From Pseudothermotoga sp. (GTDB taxonomy: Bacteria; Thermotogota; Thermotogae; Thermotogales; DSM-5069): a stretch of DNA of 64,000 bases. Position numbers and translations under genes: made by a program. The notes beneath the pieces were generated by a model that saw only the letters and a program-made list of their open reading frames with translations, had not been told where the DNA came from and searched no databases. The DNA is taken from NCBI GenBank assembly GCA_041640575.1, contig JBEPZZ010000004.1, forward strand, positions 12,107 to 76,106, given 5' to 3'. Positions 1 through 9,162 of the stretch are shown here, in pieces; the stretch's first letter is position 1; every line of letters starts with the position of its first letter.

Positions 1-343
1 TGAGAAAAAAGGTTATGAACAGATGAAAAAACTTCTCAGTAGAGGGGAACAAATAGATGGGCTCTTTTGCATGAATGACCTTGTGGCAATTGGTGCAATC
101 CGAGCGATAAAAGAAAAAGGTTTGAGGATACCTGACGATATAGCTGTTATAGGTTTCGACGATGATCAAGAACTATGCGAGATTCTTTCGCCATCCTTGT
201 CGTCAGTGCACCAACCCGTGGTTGAAATGGGTGAAGTAGCTGCTCGACTTCTATTTGAACTGATAAGAAAAGAAATAAAGATAAAACGATACATCTTCAC
301 TCCAAGGCTTGTCATCAGAGAGTCAAGCCTAAGAAAAAGGTGA
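1..343 (+). CDS. LacI-family transcriptional regulator, C-terminal part (5' end outside the window)
   Basis: NDLVAIGAI..IPDDIAVIGFDD..PSLSSVHQP..RLVIRES is the typical LacI sugar-binding C-terminus. Confidence 0.9.
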   Translation, partial: EKKGYEQMKKLLSRGEQIDGLFCMNDLVAIGAIRAIKEKGLRIPDDIAVIGFDDDQELCEILSPSLSSVHQPVVEMGEVAARLLFELIRKEIKIKRYIFTPRLVIRESSLRKR

Positions 344-348
344 TCAAC

Positions 349-978
349 ATGAAAAAAGTTCTCGTCGTTGGTGCTCACAGTGATGATCCAATCATCGGTG
401 CAGGTGGGACAATAAAGGAACTTGCTAAGCTTGGCCATCAAATTGTAGTTGTCAGTGTTTGTGGCGATAGAATTGACGGTTATGTGGACGCGATAAGATT
501 CCTCGGTGCTGAACCAGTCTATTTTGAATTTTCGTACGGAAAGATTTGTGAAGAAGACTTAGCTCGATTGCTAGAGGATCTCTTCAAGAAGGTCAATCCG
601 ACTTTTGTTTTCACCCACTGGGAGAAAGAAATCCTTTACGACCATGGTTTAGTATCTGAAAAGGTCCTTAAACTTACCAGACTCTATGAAAAGGAGCTTT
701 TCTACTTTGAAATACCAGCCTCTTCTTTGGATTTTACTTTCGATCTTGCCGTTGATATAACCAATTCATACACATATAAGAAGCAAGCAATAGAGATGAT
801 GAGAAAAGCTTTTGATGAAAGAGTTTTTGTTGAAGAGATTTATCCATCGATAATCTACCCGTCTGGTTTCAGAGGAATACAAGTTGGCTGCAATTTTGCT
901 GAGGTTTTCAAGCATGCCGGATCCAGATTCCCGTTATCACCATTTCGAAGAAAACTTGTGGATCCGGTAGATCTCTAA
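349..978 (+). CDS. PIG-L/LmbE-family deacetylase
   Basis: VLVVGAHSDD (AHxDD), VFTHW..DH, VDIT..KKQAI, AEVF motifs; ATG 349 follows AAGGTGA. Confidence 0.8.
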   Translation: MKKVLVVGAHSDDPIIGAGGTIKELAKLGHQIVVVSVCGDRIDGYVDAIRFLGAEPVYFEFSYGKICEEDLARLLEDLFKKVNPTFVFTHWEKEILYDHGLVSEKVLKLTRLYEKELFYFEIPASSLDFTFDLAVDITNSYTYKKQAIEMMRKAFDERVFVEEIYPSIIYPSGFRGIQVGCNFAEVFKHAGSRFPLSPFRRKLVDPVDL

Positions 979-994
979 TCCGGAGGTGACAAAA

Positions 995-2029
995 ATGAAA
1001 AAAGTTAAACTCGCAATAATTGGGGCGGGAAAAATAGCAGAGGTTTTGCACATACCAAATGCTTTGATATCTGAATTTGCTGAACTCATTGCGATTTCAG
1101 AGAAAAATCAAGACAGGCTTGAATACATCAAAAGAAAATTTGATGACGGTAAAATTCATTTCTACACAGACTATCTGGATCTTTTGAAAAGCGAGAACAT
1201 CGATGCAGTCATTGTTACTGTTCCAAATTTCCTGCACGCAAAGGTTAGCATAGATTCCTTGAAAAGTGGTAAGCACGTTTTGGTTGAGAAACCAATGGCA
1301 ACAACATCGAAAGAGGCAGTGGAAATGATTGAAGCAGCAAAACAAAATGCAAAAATTCTGATGGTGAACCAATCTCAGAGATTTTTCCCACACCACCAAA
1401 AAGCGAAGGAAATTATTGATTCAGGGCTGATTGGTAACATTCGACTTGTGAAAACCATGTTTGGACATTCTGGGCCCGAGAATTGGTCTCCCAACGCTTC
1501 TTGGTTCTTTCAGAAAGAAACTGCTATGTTTGGAGCACTGGGAGATCTAGGCGTTCACAAAGTCGACTTGATAAGATTTCTAACAAATCTTGAAATCGTT
1601 GAATGCGCTGCGTTTTTGGGAACACTCGAAAAACAAGCTTCTGTTGAAGATATTGCTAGCGCTATACTTAAGTTATCTAATGGCGCATTTGCTACCTTGG
1701 ATGCAAACTGGATTACAAAGGGGCTTGAGGAAAACTATATTGCAATTTATGGAGAAAAAGGTACGTTGAAGATAGGACAAACCGATCCAACGAAAATAGA
1801 CATATACTTGTCAAAGCCTGTAACCTTCCATGGCGAAATCGTCGTGAAACCACTTTTCACAAATGAGGATCCTTACTGGAAAATGCCCATTGTTGATCAT
1901 TTTGCAAAGGTTTGTTTGGGACTTGAAGAACCAGTAGTTAAAGCTGAAGATGGCTATGTAGCAATCAAAATAGTGGAGAAGCTTTTTGAATCTTTCGTTA
2001 AAAAGGAGTTTGTTGTAGTAAATGAGTGA
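995..2029 (+). CDS. Gfo/Idh/MocA-family NAD(P)-dependent oxidoreductase
   Basis: IIGAGKIA Rossmann motif, HVLVEKPMA, GALGDLGVHKVD; GGAGG RBS. Confidence 0.92.
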   Translation: MKKVKLAIIGAGKIAEVLHIPNALISEFAELIAISEKNQDRLEYIKRKFDDGKIHFYTDYLDLLKSENIDAVIVTVPNFLHAKVSIDSLKSGKHVLVEKPMATTSKEAVEMIEAAKQNAKILMVNQSQRFFPHHQKAKEIIDSGLIGNIRLVKTMFGHSGPENWSPNASWFFQKETAMFGALGDLGVHKVDLIRFLTNLEIVECAAFLGTLEKQASVEDIASAILKLSNGAFATLDANWITKGLEENYIAIYGEKGTLKIGQTDPTKIDIYLSKPVTFHGEIVVKPLFTNEDPYWKMPIVDHFAKVCLGLEEPVVKAEDGYVAIKIVEKLFESFVKKEFVVVNE

Positions 2030-3530
2030 CAAAGTTGTTCTGACCGCAAGAGGAATATGCATGGATTTTTCTGGGGTAAGAGTTTTACACAATGTTGATG
2101 CTGAATTCAAAGCCGGGAAAATCTACGGCATAATTGGTGAAAACGGTGCCGGAAAGTCTACTTTGATGAGGATACTGTCTGGTTTTCTGCAACCTGTAGA
2201 AGGTGAAATACACATAGATGGTCAAAAAGTAGTCTTAAATCCTCTAAAAGCGAAAGAACTTGGGATAATCATTGTGCCTCAAGAACTCAATTTGGTTGAA
2301 AGTTTGAGAGTCTACGAAAACATATTCCTTGGTGACGAGGAAACCTCAGCAGGGCTCTTGAAGAAACGCTCGATGATAGAAAAGGCCGGACAGATAATCA
2401 GACAACTTGGTTTAGATGTTGACCCAAAAAATTTTGTTGAGCAATTATCTCCCGCACAGAAACAAATGGTTGAGATCGCTAAAGCCGTTTCCAAAAAGGT
2501 GCGAGTGCTCATAATGGATGAACCTACGTCATCCTTGAGTGAAGAAGAAGTCTCGAAGTTGTTCGAAATTGTCAGAAACATGAAAAAGGCAGGAACAACT
2601 GTTGTTTTCGTATCCCATAGGTTGAAAGAGATAAAAACTATCACTGATCATTTAATTGTTTTGAGGGATGGTAGGAAAGTTTACGATGGTGAACTAGGAG
2701 ATCTCACAGAGCGAGAAATGGCTGAGCTTATGATAGGTAGAAAACTCAGTGACATGTATCCGCAGAAAAAAGCACAAGTCGATGAATATGTCCTGCAGGT
2801 CAAAGATCTAACTACCGAAGATGAAAAAGTAGTGCAAGTCTCCTTCGATCTTAAAAGAGGAGAAATACTAGGATTCTACGGGCTAGTTGGCTCAGGCAGA
2901 ACTGAGTTGATGCAGGCACTTATAGGTGTTAGGAAAATCAAAACTGGAGAAATTTTACTTGAGGGGAAAAAAGTTGAGCTGAAATCGCCAAAGCAAGCTA
3001 AAGACCTTGGTATTGTTTATCTACCAGAAGACAGGAAAAGTGGTGGAATTATAGCGGAAATGGAAACTTTCAAGAACTCGACTATTATGACTCTTAACAA
3101 AATTTCAAGGTTCTTCACAAATTTGAGGAAAGAAATGGATGTTTTTCAAAAATACGTCAAGAACTTTGACATAAAGATTCGTCATCCATCACAACCCATT
3201 AAAACCCTCAGCGGTGGGAATCAACAAAAGGTTGTCATATCGAAACTTGTTGAGACTGGTGCAAAGATTTTTATCTTTGACGAACCAACACGGGGTGTAG
3301 ATGTAAACACCAAAAGGCAAATTTACCAGATAATCCACAGCATGGTCGAGGAATTCAATGTTAGTTTCATAGTCGTATCCTCAGAACTCCCGGAAATCAT
3401 AGGTCTTTGCAACAGAGTAATTGTTATGAGATGCGGTCGCGCCATTGGAACTTTGGATAAGGAAGAAATCAACGAAAAGAACTTGATTTACCTTGCTACA
3501 GGTGTAAAAGGAGGTGACCAAGATAAATAG
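2022..3530 (+). CDS. Sugar ABC transporter ATP-binding protein (RbsA/MglA type, two NBDs)
   Basis: GENGAGKST, MDEPT, LSGGNQQKV, FDEPTRGVD. Confidence 0.95.
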   Translation: MSDKVVLTARGICMDFSGVRVLHNVDAEFKAGKIYGIIGENGAGKSTLMRILSGFLQPVEGEIHIDGQKVVLNPLKAKELGIIIVPQELNLVESLRVYENIFLGDEETSAGLLKKRSMIEKAGQIIRQLGLDVDPKNFVEQLSPAQKQMVEIAKAVSKKVRVLIMDEPTSSLSEEEVSKLFEIVRNMKKAGTTVVFVSHRLKEIKTITDHLIVLRDGRKVYDGELGDLTEREMAELMIGRKLSDMYPQKKAQVDEYVLQVKDLTTEDEKVVQVSFDLKRGEILGFYGLVGSGRTELMQALIGVRKIKTGEILLEGKKVELKSPKQAKDLGIVYLPEDRKSGGIIAEMETFKNSTIMTLNKISRFFTNLRKEMDVFQKYVKNFDIKIRHPSQPIKTLSGGNQQKVVISKLVETGAKIFIFDEPTRGVDVNTKRQIYQIIHSMVEEFNVSFIVVSSELPEIIGLCNRVIVMRCGRAIGTLDKEEINEKNLIYLATGVKGGDQDK

Positions 3531-4473
3531 CCACACACTGAAGTTTAACTTTTCGAAGTACGGTATTGTATTAGCTCTTGCTGCCTTGGTTACAATTTCT
3601 GGGATCTTAAGCCCGGCATTTTTGAAACCAAGGAACATTTTAAATATTTTCTGGCAAACTTCGTACGTTGGAATTATAGCCATCGGCATGACCTTTGTAA
3701 TGATAGCTGGAGGGATAGATCTTTCAGTAGGTTCAATGCTAGCCTTCGTGGGTTCTTTTGCCATTCAGATGGTGAACAAATTTGGCCAGGGTTCGAACGC
3801 GACCTTTATTGCAATTCTTCTGGCATATGGTTTAGCTGCATTGCTTGGATTGGGTACAGGCTTGTTGATAACAAAAACAAAGATTCCCGCTTTTGTAGCT
3901 ACTCTTGGTGGTATGGCAATCTACAGATCATTGACTTTAAACTTCGCAAAAGGCGGCGTTTATATGACCTTTTCGAGGCAATACTCGAAAATAGGAATGA
4001 TGTCCATAGCGGAAGTACCATTGACAATGATAATTTTCATAGCATACGCAATAATTGCACACATCCTTCTGGACAAAACCAAGTTCGGTAGATATGTTTA
4101 TGCAGTAGGTGCAAACGAAACTGCTGCTGTTTATTCTGCAATAAATGTCAATCTTATTCGAACACTTACCTACGTTATAAGTGGGATTTCTGTAGCTACT
4201 TCGGCAATATTGTTGTCATCAATGATGGCATCGGTGAGTTCAACTTCAACTGGAAGTGGTTTCGAACTCGATGCAATTGCTGCGGTAGTTATTGGAGGGA
4301 CGAGCCTAAGTGGGGGAAAGGGCAGTGTACTCGGTACTTTCTTTGGAGCATTGATTTTGGGAGTCATAAACAACATGCTTGTTATGCTTAACGTTGCTGT
4401 TTATTTGCAAGGAGCAGTTAAAGGCTTGATCATAATCGCTGCTGTAATTCTTCAAAATCTGAGAAGAGCATGA
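3514..4473 (+). CDS. Sugar ABC transporter permease (RbsC type)
   Basis: [38 protein letters not shown]. Confidence 0.95.
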   Translation: MTKINSHTLKFNFSKYGIVLALAALVTISGILSPAFLKPRNILNIFWQTSYVGIIAIGMTFVMIAGGIDLSVGSMLAFVGSFAIQMVNKFGQGSNATFIAILLAYGLAALLGLGTGLLITKTKIPAFVATLGGMAIYRSLTLNFAKGGVYMTFSRQYSKIGMMSIAEVPLTMIIFIAYAIIAHILLDKTKFGRYVYAVGANETAAVYSAINVNLIRTLTYVISGISVATSAILLSSMMASVSSTSTGSGFELDAIAAVVIGGTSLSGGKGSVLGTFFGALILGVINNMLVMLNVAVYLQGAVKGLIIIAAVILQNLRRA

Positions 4474-4518
4474 ACACAATCTCCCCGTATGGGGGTTAAT
4501 ATGAGGAGGTGTTATCTT

Positions 4519-5469
4519 ATGAAGAGGTTGTTAGTGCTAATCATGCTAGCAACAGTTATCTTCAGTTTTGCGGCTCAGAAAATCAGAATAGGCGTCGCAA
4601 TTCCAGCAGCTACACATGGTTGGACCGGTGGGATGGTTTGGTGGGCACAGTATGCAATTAACCAGTACAAGAACGATCCAAACGTTGAGTTTACGCTTGT
4701 GACAGCAAGGGAACCAAGTGAACAGATTGCGCAAGTACAGGCTCTAATGGCTAAAGGTATTGATGCCTTGGTCATTAATCCTTTTGAATCTGCACCACTG
4801 ACACCAATTTGCGTTGAAGCATTCAGAAAAGGCATATTCACAGTAATTGTCGACAGAGGAATTTTGTCTGAAGAGTACAACGTTTACATCGCCGGCGACA
4901 ATTACATGTATGGTTATCTTGCTGGCAAACACATCGCCGAGAAGCTTCGTGGCAAAGGCAATGTTGTTATAATCGAAGGTATACCCTCCCCAATCAACGA
5001 AGAAAGGGTTAAAGCGTTTAAGGACGCCATTGCACCATATCCAGATATAAAGATTCTTGCTCAGCAGCCAGGATACTGGAACAGAGAAAAAGCTTTTGAA
5101 GTTATGCAAACATTGTTAACTAAATTCCCGAAGATTGATGCTGTATGGACCGGCGACGATGACATGCTATATGGTGTCCTTTTAGCTCTTCAACAAGCTG
5201 GAAGAGCTAAAGATATAGTCCTTGTTGGCGGTGCCTGTGAAAAGAACATGGTTAAAAGAATTATGGATGGAGACCCATTAATTGAGGTTAACTTTACATA
5301 CCCACCTAACATGATAGCTACTGCCGTTAACTTGGCTGTGATGGCTCTTCGTGGGGAAACGCTGAATGGTTTTTATCAGAGAGGTATTCCAAGAAAAATC
5401 ATACTCGCGACAGAAAAAGTTACGAGAGAAAACGCCCACCTCTACTACTTCCCGGATTCGGTGTTCTGA
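4519..5469 (+). CDS. Sugar ABC transporter substrate-binding protein (RbsB-like)
   Basis: Signal peptide; GIDALVINP, DNYMYG, YWNREKA, DDMLYG; AGGAGG RBS. Confidence 0.92.
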   Translation: MKRLLVLIMLATVIFSFAAQKIRIGVAIPAATHGWTGGMVWWAQYAINQYKNDPNVEFTLVTAREPSEQIAQVQALMAKGIDALVINPFESAPLTPICVEAFRKGIFTVIVDRGILSEEYNVYIAGDNYMYGYLAGKHIAEKLRGKGNVVIIEGIPSPINEERVKAFKDAIAPYPDIKILAQQPGYWNREKAFEVMQTLLTKFPKIDAVWTGDDDMLYGVLLALQQAGRAKDIVLVGGACEKNMVKRIMDGDPLIEVNFTYPPNMIATAVNLAVMALRGETLNGFYQRGIPRKIILATEKVTRENAHLYYFPDSVF

Positions 5470-5476
5470 TCTTCAA

Positions 5477-5505
5477 AAAGGCAGGGGGTAAATCCCCCTG
5501 CCTTT
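5477..5505 (+). terminator. Intra-operon GC-rich hairpin after the substrate-binding protein gene (terminator or mRNA stabiliser)
   Basis: AAAGGCAGGGGG-TAAAT-CCCCCTGCCTTT, perfect 12-bp stem, short U tract. Confidence 0.7.
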
Positions 5506-5517
5506 GGGGGTGAAAGT

Positions 5518-6435
5518 GTGAAAATCGGTTTCTTAACCGTGGCTTTAGGAAATACAAAATTGGAAGATATTGTACCATGGGCTGCAAGCGTGGGATTTGA
5601 GGCTTTAGAAATCGCTGCATGGCCTCTTATAAACGAGAGGGATTTCTCATCGACAACCATAGATGCTGAAAAATTAAACGAAAACGAAGCCGAAAAAATC
5701 AAAGCACTTCTTGAAAAATATGGAGTTATCATTTCATCCTTGGCTTACTACGACAACAATCTTGATGCAAATGAGGAAAGAAGAAGAGTAGTTAACAATC
5801 ATCTGAAAAAAGTCATAGATGCTGCTAGTATGTTAAATGTCGAATTGGTTGGAACATTTATTGGTAGGGACATAAGAAAGAGTGTTGAAGAAAACATTGA
5901 CGAATTTGAGAAAGTATTTAAACCCATTATCACCTATGCAGAAAATAAGAACGTGAAATTGATGATAGAAAACTGTCCAATGGTGGGTTGGCAACAACAA
6001 GAAAAAATCGGCAACATATTTTATTCACCACAACTTTGGCGAGAAATTTTCAGGATAACACCAAGTTCATTTGGTTTGAACCTTGATCCTTCTCATTTAC
6101 ATTGGCTCGGGATTGATTACATCAAAATAATCGAAGAATTCAAAGGCAGAATTTTCCATGTTCACGCAAAGGATACTGAGATAAATCGAGAAAAGTTAAA
6201 TGATCAAGGAATATTCGGATATTTCGGTACAAACTCGCATGACAAAAGCTGGTGGGTGTACAGGCTACCCGGTTTTGGCGAAATAAATTGGCAAGGGTTT
6301 CTAAAAGAAATCAAAAAGATTGGATATGACTTTGTCGTAAGTATTGAACACGAAGACCCAGTCTGGACAGGAACTGTTGAGAAATCAAAAAAGGGGCTTG
6401 TTATTGGATTAAACTACTTAAAGCAATTTGTTTGA
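5518..6435 (+). CDS. Sugar phosphate isomerase/epimerase (AP endonuclease 2 TIM barrel)
   Basis: MIENCPM, LNLDPSH, HVHAKD, RLPGFGEINW, SIEHED metal ligands. Confidence 0.9.
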   Translation: MKIGFLTVALGNTKLEDIVPWAASVGFEALEIAAWPLINERDFSSTTIDAEKLNENEAEKIKALLEKYGVIISSLAYYDNNLDANEERRRVVNNHLKKVIDAASMLNVELVGTFIGRDIRKSVEENIDEFEKVFKPIITYAENKNVKLMIENCPMVGWQQQEKIGNIFYSPQLWREIFRITPSSFGLNLDPSHLHWLGIDYIKIIEEFKGRIFHVHAKDTEINREKLNDQGIFGYFGTNSHDKSWWVYRLPGFGEINWQGFLKEIKKIGYDFVVSIEHEDPVWTGTVEKSKKGLVIGLNYLKQFV

Positions 6436-6456
6436 ATCTGAATCAATTGTCCGTTG

Positions 6457-6488
6457 AGCAGAGCCACTTGGCTCTGTTTTTTTGTTTT
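6457..6488 (+). terminator. Rho-independent terminator of the sugar operon
   Basis: AGCAGAGCCA-CT-TGGCTCTGTT followed by a T run. Confidence 0.8.
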
Positions 6489-6620
6489 GCAATTTTACTT
6501 AATTATGGTTTTTCTCTTCTTACTTTGCTTTGACAGTAACTGTAATGTTTGCATTCTTGAATTTTAAACAAAATCTACTTCTTCACTTCAAAAGACTGCA
6601 AGACTATCCATAATATTTCG

Positions 6621-6656
6621 GTATGCTTGGTTATACTTCAGTATGCTTAAGTATAC
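6621..6656. promoter_or_regulatory. Tandem pseudo-palindromic operator-like sites upstream of pckA
   Basis: GTATGCTTGGTTATAC (6621) and GTATGCTTAAGTATAC (6641), 20 bp apart, just before a TTGACA at 6665. Confidence 0.5.
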
Positions 6657-6746
6657 GATGACTTTTGACATTTAATCCAAAGATGTTCAAATAGTAAAAT
6701 TGTATGCACCGACAGCAACTTCTTATTTCACCGGTGGAGGGGTTAG

Positions 6747-8381
6747 ATGGCAACCAAAGGATTTTGGGAGATTAACGAAATTAATCCTAAAAATTTCTCA
6801 AGAATTCGAACTACCATAGAAAGTGCCTTTTATGGAAACAACGTTGAATTGCTGACATCTCGCCGCGAGGCTTACAAGAAAGCAAAAATGTCTCCAGGTA
6901 CGGTAGTTCTTGATATGAATATTTACAAACCTGAACTTCAGAACCTAGATGAAGGCACAAAAGTTCTGCTATTTAACGATGGTGCTACAGTAGGAAGGTT
7001 CTCAGCCGCGCGTAAGATTGTTGGCATTCCAGGTGTTGATCCGACAACGCTTGCAGAACTTTTGAGAGAGGCAGTATACAATACGAGGTCAAAACGTATG
7101 TATCATGCTGTTTCTTACACTGGGCTTGACAAAGATTTCATGGTAAAGAATCATATCCTTATTCCAGAAGGTTTCGAAAACACAGTATATAATTGGTTAC
7201 TGAATTTCCAAGATCTTACGCCAGAATATTCTATGATGTACGAAAATTCAAAGTTTCTGAACGAGCCAGACATCTATATCTTCACTGATCCAGATTGGTC
7301 CCATCCATCCTTTCCGGGTGGACTAGCGTTTTTCGATCCTCAAAATAATTGTGCCGCGCTACTAGGAATGAGATATTTTGGAGAGTTTAAAAAAGGAACC
7401 CTTACACTAGCTTGGTCAATTGCAAACAGACAAGGATATGTTTCATGCCACGGTGGATTGAAAAAATACGAAAAGAACAACAAAAGCTTTGTGGCTGCTT
7501 TCTTTGGACTGTCTGGTTCTGGAAAATCAACGCTGACACATGCAAAACATGATGGTAAATACCAAATAACAGTGCTTCATGATGATGCATTGGTGATAAA
7601 CCTGGACGATCTTTCTTCGATTGCACTTGAACCATCCTATTTTGATAAGACCTCGGATTATCCTCTTACAAGCGAAGACAATAAATACCTGCTCACAATA
7701 CAAAACTGTGGTGTAACCACCGACAGCCTTGGAAGAAAACTACCGGTCATGGAAGATATTCGAAATGGCAACGGAAGGGCAATCAAATCCAAATTGTGGT
7801 CACCAAATAGGGTTGACAAGATCTCTGAGCCACTGAACGCGATATTTTGGATAATGAAAGACCCTGCATTGCCTCCAATTTTACACGTCAATGATCCCAT
7901 CACAGCCTCAACCTTGGGAGCTACACTGACAACTAAAAGGACTACTGCCGAAAAGTTGGAACCTGGCTTCGATCCAGATACGCTTGTCTTTGAACCATAT
8001 GCTAACCCATTCAGAACTTATCCACTTTCGGAAGACTATTTCAAGTTCAAAACCTTGTTTGAAAGAGGTATTGATTGCTTTATTATAAACACGGGGTTCT
8101 TCATTGACAAAAAAATTCCAAAAGAATTGACGTTAGAGATACTAGAAAAATTAGTTGGTGGAAATGGAGAATTCAGAAGATTTATTGGTTGCTTGGACTA
8201 CATGCTTTTGGATAAGTTTCAGCCATTGATGGAAAGTACAGAATACAAAAGGATCATACGTGAGTCTTTGGAGAAAAAGTTAGAGTGTTTGAAGAAAAAA
8301 GATACTGAAAATGGTGGGTACGATAGTTTGCCTGAAGAGTGTAAAAATGCGATCTTGCAACTCACAGAACAAGTGAGATAA
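6747..8381 (+). CDS. pckA: Phosphoenolpyruvate carboxykinase (ATP)
   Basis: YFGEFKKG, CHGG, FFGLSGSGKSTL, LHDD, NGNGRA, INTG. Confidence 0.85.
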   Translation: MATKGFWEINEINPKNFSRIRTTIESAFYGNNVELLTSRREAYKKAKMSPGTVVLDMNIYKPELQNLDEGTKVLLFNDGATVGRFSAARKIVGIPGVDPTTLAELLREAVYNTRSKRMYHAVSYTGLDKDFMVKNHILIPEGFENTVYNWLLNFQDLTPEYSMMYENSKFLNEPDIYIFTDPDWSHPSFPGGLAFFDPQNNCAALLGMRYFGEFKKGTLTLAWSIANRQGYVSCHGGLKKYEKNNKSFVAAFFGLSGSGKSTLTHAKHDGKYQITVLHDDALVINLDDLSSIALEPSYFDKTSDYPLTSEDNKYLLTIQNCGVTTDSLGRKLPVMEDIRNGNGRAIKSKLWSPNRVDKISEPLNAIFWIMKDPALPPILHVNDPITASTLGATLTTKRTTAEKLEPGFDPDTLVFEPYANPFRTYPLSEDYFKFKTLFERGIDCFIINTGFFIDKKIPKELTLEILEKLVGGNGEFRRFIGCLDYMLLDKFQPLMESTEYKRIIRESLEKKLECLKKKDTENGGYDSLPEECKNAILQLTEQVR

Positions 8382-8710
8382 ACCCATGATAAAGTATCAT
8401 TCACCTTCTTAGTAAACGGTTCGGCAAACTACAGTTCAACAAAGATTTTAGTTTGATATGCTTTGTACTCAAAAAGTATTGAGTAAACTTATACAAATTG
8501 CATTCATTTTAGCCAAAAAATTGCTGACCAAAAGCAAGCTTCTCTTTAAATCTTTTCAGTTCATTGATCTGCTATAAAAAATTTTACAAGCTATACCACA
8601 CTTCAGTTCAAAAAGCAAAGTTAAGGTCAAATTTAGGCATTTGAAACCGCGCTAAGGTAACTTCTTGCAGACCAAAACTTAGTTTATAATATAAAAAAGG
8701 AGAATTCCTC

Positions 8711-9130
8711 GTGAAGTTTTTTGCAGATAGAATGCTTGGAAAGCTTGCCAAGAAGCTAAGATTACTTGGGTTTGACACAATGTACATTTCACAAATTGAC
8801 GAGTCAGAGATTCTCAAATTATGTACTGAAACGGATCGAATTTTGATAACAAGGGATAAAGAACTTCATTCCAAGGCTCTTAAAAAAGGAATAAAGAGTT
8901 TTTTGCTTAGAACTGACTCCTGGAGACAGCAGCTTACTGAGCTTTCAAAAATAGTTGAGCTCAGAAATTCGACAGCAATGACGCGCTGCAGTCTTTGTAA
9001 TGCCGAGTTGAATCGTGCAAGTCCAGAAAAAGTGAGGCAAAAAGTGCCGCTTTATGTTCAGCAAATACGCGAGGAATTTTACGAATGCCCAGTTTGTGGA
9101 AGGTTGTATTGGAAGGGAAGCCATATATAA
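8711..9130 (+). CDS. Mut7-C RNase (PIN-like) domain protein with Zn ribbon; possibly shortened by a premature TAA
   Basis: FFADRMLGKLAKKLRLLGFDT, LITRD, RCSLCN..CPVCGRLYWKGSH. Confidence 0.88.
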   Translation: MKFFADRMLGKLAKKLRLLGFDTMYISQIDESEILKLCTETDRILITRDKELHSKALKKGIKSFLLRTDSWRQQLTELSKIVELRNSTAMTRCSLCNAELNRASPEKVRQKVPLYVQQIREEFYECPVCGRLYWKGSHI

Positions 9131-9162
9131 CACGCCATGGAGGAATTCAGGAGGTTAAATTT

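Noticed and set aside
8382..8710. Riboswitch or sRNA between pckA and Mut7-C
   Set aside because: Only a short AT-rich inverted repeat (TACTCAA..TTGAGTA) and promoter-like hexamers are present, with no recognisable RNA motif.
9128..9130. Selenocysteine/pyrrolysine recoding in Mut7-C
   Set aside because: The stop is TAA, not TGA or TAG, and no SECIS-like hairpin is evident.
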